Positions 58,655 through 64,000 of a DNA stretch of 64,000 nt are shown one piece after another. The position numbers and the translations under genes were made by a program. The DNA is from Actinoplanes sp. (GTDB taxonomy: Bacteria > Actinomycetota > Actinomycetes > Mycobacteriales > Micromonosporaceae). A model generated the notes under the pieces. That model was not told the origin of the DNA. It saw only the letters and a list, made by a program, of their open reading frames with translations, and ran no database searches. The stretch lies in assembly GCA_035685405.1 (NCBI GenBank), contig DASSAL010000107.1, positions 5,089 through 69,088 of the forward strand, given 5' to 3'. Every line of letters begins with the position of its first letter. The stretch's first letter is position 1.

Positions 58655-60889
58655 GTGACAGATAAGCGCTTCGCGGTGATTGTCGGTGTGAACGGCGCCG
58701 CTGACGCCGGTGATGGGGGCAGCGGCGACACCTCCGTGCTGCCCCGCCTGCTCCACGCGGAGGACGACGCCAGGGCCGTCCACGCCGTTCTGTGCCATCC
58801 GCGGACGGGCATGTTCGATCCGGCCGACGTCCGGTTGTTCGCCGGACCGGACACCACCGCCGAGCGGGTCAAGGCAGCTCTCATGGAGATCCGGAGAGCT
58901 GCCTCCAGCTCGACGGACGTGCTCGTCGTCTACTTCGCCGGCCACTCGATGACTCCGGCGTGGAGCCACGCGACCGACACCTATCTGGTCACGCCGGAAC
59001 TTGACCAGTCAGTACTCGCGCGTGACCCCGACGCCGGCCTCCGGATGACGTTCCTGAAACGCGACGTCCTCGAAGCCTTCCCGGGAACGGCACTGCTGAT
59101 CCTGGACTGCTGCCGCGCCGGAACGCTGCTCACCGCACCGGGCCGGGACGTCGACATGGTCAGCGTCGGTGGCCGGGAACATGGCCGGTACACCGCGCTG
59201 ATGGCCAGTGCCGCCGACGAGGCCGCCCGCGAGGACCCCGCACTCGGCCACGGCGTCCTCACCTTCCACGCGTTGCAGGCCATGCGCGGCGAGGCGGCCG
59301 ACACCAACGGCCACGTCACGTTCCAGAGTCTGGGTAGCTACGTGGCGAGCCAGGACATCACACCCGAACCGGGGTTCTTCACGCAGACCTGGGGCCGCGG
59401 CACGGTACTGACCAGGCCGGGCCCCACCGGCCGTCATTCGACACCGCCGGCCGTGGAGTACATCCGGACGACACCGCTGGCAAACCCCCTCGACCGGATG
59501 GTTCCGGCGATCTTGCACCTGATCGACCGGGTGTCGCGCGGCGCCCGCGACTCGCCGGCACCTGTGGAGAATCTGAAATCGGCGCTGGGCGCCGAATCCG
59601 CGGCGATTCTCGAATACACCGCCACCGAATCCAAGGAAATCGATTCAACGTCCCGGTTCGACCGGGAATATGTCACGGATCTGCTCCGGGCCGGAAACTC
59701 GCTGGATCGGCTCTGGTTCGGGCACCACGCCACGGACGACGAACGCTCCCTGCTGTCCGTGCCGCTCCATCGCAGCGCCGGCAAAGTGGTGCTCCTTGCC
59801 GCGGTGAATCCGTCGGTTGACCTAGTGGACATGGGCGAGCCGCTCGTCCGGATCCTGCAAACCGTCTGGCGAACCGACATCGCGTCGGCTCCGCACGAGG
59901 CGGAGATCCACGTGCTGACCGATCTCCGAAGGTGGTTCGGGCGCCTCCCCCGGCCGCTGTATGACCGGTACCGCCAGTTGCACCGCATGGTGCTGGAGTC
60001 CTACACGATCGTCTTCCAGCCGATCATCACGATCGACAAGATCGCCCGGCAGGTCGGCGTGCACAGCTACGAGGCCCTGGCCCGTCGATCACCGGCCGAC
60101 CTCAGCGCCCCGGTCGCGCTGCTCCAGACGGCACACGCCTGGGGTGACCGGCTGGTCGTCGAGCGGGACGAGATCATCGTGGCGAAGGCGCTCTCCGCGT
60201 ACGCCCGCGCACACCACGACTGCCCCTGGGACCTCCCGAAGCCGGTGTCCGTCAACGTGGCCGTCCGCTCCCTGCTCAGCGACTCGTACGTGAACTCCCT
60301 CCAGCTGGCACTCGAGGCGTCCGAGCTGAACCCCGACGGTGTCACCCTGGAAATCTCGGAGCAGGATCCGATCCAGCCGCGTACCGACGAGCAGTGGCCC
60401 GACGAACCCCACGCCTACTTCCAGAAGCGCCTGGTCCAGATCGGCCGAGACCTCCGTGTTTCCTTCGCGGTTGATGACTTCGGCTCCGACTACGCCTCGC
60501 TGTGCCGGATGGCCGAGCTGCCGTTGACCCAGATCAAGGTCGATCGCGCCGTACTGCACCACAGCACGGCGATAGAGGAACTTCAGTTCGTCGAGAAGAT
60601 CGCTCGGCACGCCCACGACCGGGGCGAGACGCACACCTCCCGAGTGGTGATCGTGGAGGGGGTTGATGACCGGTCCCCGGTGACCCTCCGCCAGCTCTAC
60701 AACATTCCGATCCGGCACGTTCAGGGTTACATCACGCGGGAACCCGCGGCGCCGGTGCTCCGTCAGCTGAGCGACGACGTCCGCGAGGACATCGCCGCCC
60801 GTGTCCGAGGTGATGATGAAAAGCGTCAGACTGGTCCTGCCCGAGGAGATCGTGCAGGACGCCGGCCTTCCCTACGAAGGTCTGCGTGA
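58655..60889 (+). CDS. Caspase-like peptidase C14 / GAF-like / EAL domain fusion protein
   Basis: RFAVIVGVN, VYFAGHS (His97), LILDCC (Cys153), HGVLT; central LLSVPL; FQPII, YEALAR, SVNV, LEISE, VDDFGSDYASL, IKVDR, VEGVD, VQGY. Confidence 0.88.
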   Translation: MTDKRFAVIVGVNGAADAGDGGSGDTSVLPRLLHAEDDARAVHAVLCHPRTGMFDPADVRLFAGPDTTAERVKAALMEIRRAASSSTDVLVVYFAGHSMTPAWSHATDTYLVTPELDQSVLARDPDAGLRMTFLKRDVLEAFPGTALLILDCCRAGTLLTAPGRDVDMVSVGGREHGRYTALMASAADEAAREDPALGHGVLTFHALQAMRGEAADTNGHVTFQSLGSYVASQDITPEPGFFTQTWGRGTVLTRPGPTGRHSTPPAVEYIRTTPLANPLDRMVPAILHLIDRVSRGARDSPAPVENLKSALGAESAAILEYTATESKEIDSTSRFDREYVTDLLRAGNSLDRLWFGHHATDDERSLLSVPLHRSAGKVVLLAAVNPSVDLVDMGEPLVRILQTVWRTDIASAPHEAEIHVLTDLRRWFGRLPRPLYDRYRQLHRMVLESYTIVFQPIITIDKIARQVGVHSYEALARRSPADLSAPVALLQTAHAWGDRLVVERDEIIVAKALSAYARAHHDCPWDLPKPVSVNVAVRSLLSDSYVNSLQLALEASELNPDGVTLEISEQDPIQPRTDEQWPDEPHAYFQKRLVQIGRDLRVSFAVDDFGSDYASLCRMAELPLTQIKVDRAVLHHSTAIEELQFVEKIARHAHDRGETHTSRVVIVEGVDDRSPVTLRQLYNIPIRHVQGYITREPAAPVLRQLSDDVREDIAARVRGDDEKRQTGPARGDRAGRRPSLRRSA

Positions 60890-61142
60890 CGTCCAGGGCG
60901 TCGTCCTCGCGATCGAAGGCATCAACGTCACCGCCAGCATCGTCACGCTGCTCACCGTCAAGAAGTACGCACCGCGGCTGGCTTCGGCGATCCGCCGCTG
61001 GCGGCTCAAGCAGGATCAATCCCCGCGGGTGCTGACGGTCAAAGGCAGCGGCATCGATCTCACGATCGACCTGCCGCCCAACGTCAGCACGCAACAGCTC
61101 CTGCACCAGCTGGCACCGCTGCTGGATGCCGAAGAGGACTGA
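60816..61142 (+). CDS. Small single-TM protein, EACC1-like partner of the caspase
   Basis: GAGGTG RBS; hydrophobic segment followed by LASAIRRWRL..VLTVKGSGIDLTIDLP; overlaps the caspase-EAL 3' end. Confidence 0.7.
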   Translation: MKSVRLVLPEEIVQDAGLPYEGLRDVQGVVLAIEGINVTASIVTLLTVKKYAPRLASAIRRWRLKQDQSPRVLTVKGSGIDLTIDLPPNVSTQQLLHQLAPLLDAEED

Positions 61143-61224
61143 CGCGGCGCCCTACCGGTGCGGACCGGGCCTGGGACGTCCGGCATCCGCCTGCTCAACC
61201 CCCGCTCACCGACCGATCGCTGGG

Positions 61225-61728
61225 TCAACGCGTCATGTCGTCGGCTGGGCGGTGCCTCAGGTCGTCAACCACCGTTCGCACCTCGAGCAGTGCCTCGCGA
61301 ACGGCGTTCGTGCGGCTTCCGAGCGCGTCGGCAACGCGGTCGCGCACCGGGGTGAAGGCCTTCGCGGCGGCGCGGTGTGCCTGCCGCCCGGCCGCGGTGA
61401 GGGTGACGCGGTAGGAACGCCGATCGCCGGGATGGGGCTCCCGGACCACGTGTCCGCGGGCTTCGAACCGCTTGATATAGCTGGACACGGTCGTCGGCGG
61501 TGCCGCCATCCAGCGGGCGAGCTCCGTCGGCGTGATCGAGGACGCCGCCGCGAGCACCGAATAGATCGCGAACTCGTCGCCGTCCAGCCCGGTCCCGGCC
61601 AGTGCGCGGTTGACCAGATCGGTGGTCGCTCGGGAGGTCAACCAGACCATGAACAACGTGTCCACGCCCTCCTCGCGAACCTCCGCGGCGGACAACCCCT
61701 TGACAGAAGTACTGCGAACTCGCACCAT
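61225..61728 (-). CDS. MarR family transcriptional regulator (start may be further 3')
   Basis: TPTELA..TTVSSYIKRFEARGHV..DRRSYRVTLTAAG. Confidence 0.9.
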   Translation of the reverse strand: MVRVRSTSVKGLSAAEVREEGVDTLFMVWLTSRATTDLVNRALAGTGLDGDEFAIYSVLAAASSITPTELARWMAAPPTTVSSYIKRFEARGHVVREPHPGDRRSYRVTLTAAGRQAHRAAAKAFTPVRDRVADALGSRTNAVREALLEVRTVVDDLRHRPADDMTR

Positions 61729-61757
61729 TATTTCATGATACTACGAACTCGCAGTAT
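61700..61757 (+). promoter_or_regulatory. Sigma70-type promoter with tandem MarR-like operators
   Basis: TTGACA-N17-CACCAT; repeat TACTRCGAACTCGCA at 61710-61724 and 61739-61753. Confidence 0.7.
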
Positions 61758-62841
61758 GTCGCACGCCGACCCGCTCCAGCCGGCTATCACGGCGATGATG
61801 CAAGACGCCGCCGTCCCGGGTTTGTCCATCGCCGTCGTGCGGGACGACCGGCTGCTGTACGCCGACGCGCTCGGCTGGGCTGACCTCGCCGCCCGCGCCC
61901 CGGCGTCCACCACCACGAGCTATCTGTGGTTCTCCATGTCGAAGATCGTCACAGCCACCGCCGCCCTGCGGTTGGCCGACGACGGCCGCCTCGACCTGGA
62001 CGCGCCGCTTGACGAGTACGTCGACCACCTCCGCGCTCCCGGCGACATCCAGCCCACCACCCGGCAGTTGCTGACCCACACGGCCGGACTTGCCAACCCG
62101 CTACCGATCCGCTGGGTGCACCGCGCGGAGGATTCCGGTCCGGACCCCGACGTGCTGCTGCGCCGACTCACCGGCCGACGGCGTACGTTCCGCTACCAGG
62201 TCGGCGGGCCGGGCCGGTACACCAACATCGGCTATCTGGCCGCCGCACAAGTCATCGCCGCAGCGGCCGGCCGGCCGTTCACCGACTACGTGCGCGAGGC
62301 CGTCCTCGAACCGGCCGGGATGACCGGCACCGGCTACACCTACCCGCCAGGAGCACCGGCGGCGACCGGCTACCTGAGAGCCCCGCGCGGAACCGGTCCG
62401 CTCCTCCACGGCGTGCTCCCCCACGGCATCGTGGGTCCGCGTCACGGGCGGTACCTCGCGTTGCGGCCCTTCCTGGTCGACGGTGCCGGCTACGGCGGAC
62501 TGGTCGGCAACGTCCTCGACGCCGCCCGGTTCCTGCGGCTCCACCTCGGCAACGGCCAGATCGACGGACAGCGGATCCTCAGCGCCGAAACCACTCGAGC
62601 CATGCGCCGGATCCAGGCCCAGGGCAAACCGTTCCACCACGCCACCGGCTGGTTCCGCCGGCCCGTCGCCGGCAGCACCGAGCGGTACGTCGAGCACTTC
62701 GGTGCCGGCGCCGGATTCTGGAACGTCATGCGGCTCTACCCGGAGCGCAACCTCGGAATCGTGGTCATGACCAACAGCACCACCAGCTACCGGTTCGATC
62801 CGCTGTTCCACCAGCTGAGCCGGGCCCCCTGGCCGGCCTAG
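61756..62841 (+). CDS. Serine hydrolase, beta-lactamase/AmpC-like family
   Basis: SMSK (SxxK), LLTHTAGL, YTN (YxN), HFG. Confidence 0.92.
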   Translation: MSHADPLQPAITAMMQDAAVPGLSIAVVRDDRLLYADALGWADLAARAPASTTTSYLWFSMSKIVTATAALRLADDGRLDLDAPLDEYVDHLRAPGDIQPTTRQLLTHTAGLANPLPIRWVHRAEDSGPDPDVLLRRLTGRRRTFRYQVGGPGRYTNIGYLAAAQVIAAAAGRPFTDYVREAVLEPAGMTGTGYTYPPGAPAATGYLRAPRGTGPLLHGVLPHGIVGPRHGRYLALRPFLVDGAGYGGLVGNVLDAARFLRLHLGNGQIDGQRILSAETTRAMRRIQAQGKPFHHATGWFRRPVAGSTERYVEHFGAGAGFWNVMRLYPERNLGIVVMTNSTTSYRFDPLFHQLSRAPWPA

Positions 62842-62877
62842 CCGTCGTTCCGCCACCAGATCCAGCGCGCCTGGGCG

Positions 62878-63660
62878 CTAATCGATGCGGTGCGGTGACC
62901 CGATCGGCAGCCAACGCACCCGCCGCCGAACGTCCTCGGGTGCCGTGGCGAGGGCCCGCTCGACGGCGGCCCGGCCGTGCTTGAAGTGCGACCAGCCCTC
63001 GTAGTGGACGGGCACCGCCACCCGCGGCCGGGCTATCCCGATCAACTCCACCGCCTCGCGGCCGGTCATCGTGTACCGCACCGGCCCGGTGACCGGGAAC
63101 CGCACGCCGCCCACGTGGACAAGCGCGACGTCGACGGTCATTGCGGCCGCCGTCTCCCGTAGCCGGTTGTGCAGCACGGTGTCACCGGTGATCCACAACA
63201 GCACGCCGTCGCCGGCCGGGCGGCGCAGGGCGAACCCGACGACCTCACCGACGATCCGCCCGGACAGCGGCGGCCCGTGGCGGGCCGGCGTGGCGGTAAC
63301 CTCGATGACCGTCCGGCCAGGTGCGGCCAGCCGCGTCGTTTCGCCCGCCGCGAGACCGCGCGCGCCGGCCAGCCGGAGACGCCGCGCGCCGCTCACCGTG
63401 CTGATCACCGTCTCCACCGACGACAGCAGAGCCCGTCCGGCCGTGTCGAGGTTGTCGCTGTGGTGGTCGTGAGTCAAGAGCACGGCGTCGATCGGCGGCA
63501 GCTCGGACACCGCGAGCGCCGGCCCGGCGAGCTTGTCCGACGATGTGCCCCGGCCGAAGGTGTAGTGCCCGCCGGCCGGGTCGAAGGTCGGGTCGGTGAG
63601 GAGCCGCCACCCGTCGACCTCGATCAGGACGGTCGGCCCACCGACGTGCATCATGATCAA
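62878..63660 (-). CDS. MBL-fold metallo-hydrolase
   Basis: HVGGPT, LTDPTF, THDHHSDNLD, ARHG, TGDT, PVHYEGW. Confidence 0.9.
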   Translation of the reverse strand: MIMMHVGGPTVLIEVDGWRLLTDPTFDPAGGHYTFGRGTSSDKLAGPALAVSELPPIDAVLLTHDHHSDNLDTAGRALLSSVETVISTVSGARRLRLAGARGLAAGETTRLAAPGRTVIEVTATPARHGPPLSGRIVGEVVGFALRRPAGDGVLLWITGDTVLHNRLRETAAAMTVDVALVHVGGVRFPVTGPVRYTMTGREAVELIGIARPRVAVPVHYEGWSHFKHGRAAVERALATAPEDVRRRVRWLPIGSPHRID

Positions 63661-64000
63661 CGTGAGTGCTCCACGGCCCAGGCCAGGACGTCGTCGGCGA
63701 TCTGTTCCCAGCCCTTCTGCGCCGGGAGGAGGTGTGCGTAGCCGGGGTACTCGCGGATCTCGGTGACCGTGTTGGACTTGTAGTGCCTCCGGTTGGACTG
63801 CTGGATGGCCGGCGGCATGATGTGGTCCTCGCTGCCGGAGACGAACAGCAGCGGTGCCCGGTTGTCGTTGTGGTAGTTGACCCAGGTCTCCTGCGGCCCG
63901 GGTTGGAAGTTCGCCAGCACGCCGCCCCACAGGATGCCGCCGTTGGCCGGAATGTGGTACCGCTCGTACAGCGCCTGCGACTCCTCCTCGGAGAACGTGT
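63657..64000 (-). CDS. Alpha/beta hydrolase, C-terminal part (5' end outside the window)
   Basis: RAPLLFVSGSEDHIMP, EYPGYAH..GWEQIAD. Confidence 0.8.
   Translation of the reverse strand, partial: TFSEEESQALYERYHIPANGGILWGGVLANFQPGPQETWVNYHNDNRAPLLFVSGSEDHIMPPAIQQSNRRHYKSNTVTEIREYPGYAHLLPAQKGWEQIADDVLAWAVEHSR

Overview
This is high-GC actinobacterial DNA, with gene content typical of Micromonosporaceae (Actinoplanes-like). In order it carries: an ABC exporter with a divergent two-component system; an assimilatory nitrate cluster (nnaR, nitrate reductase, nirBD, narK) with recognisable GlnR and NnaR boxes; a secreted metzincin-type peptidase; a GH87-like glucanase; a SigB-like stress island with two Mn-catalases; a CBM2-bearing Ser/Thr kinase; an ECF42-type sigma/YciI module; an SAH riboswitch with ahcY; an L-rhamnose/L-lactate catabolic cluster with four LacI palindromes; a SARP/CPBP protease/ABC locus; a Frc-like sugar ABC transporter; and a MarR/serine hydrolase pair. 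The most unusual element is a two-gene module at 58655-61142. It encodes a caspase-like (C14) peptidase fused through a GAF-like region to an EAL phosphodiesterase domain with intact catalytic motifs, overlapped by a small EACC1-like membrane protein gene and preceded by an AT-rich leader. I saw no rRNA, tRNA, CRISPR array, transposase or integrase. All calls come from motif recognition by eye; no database searches were run.
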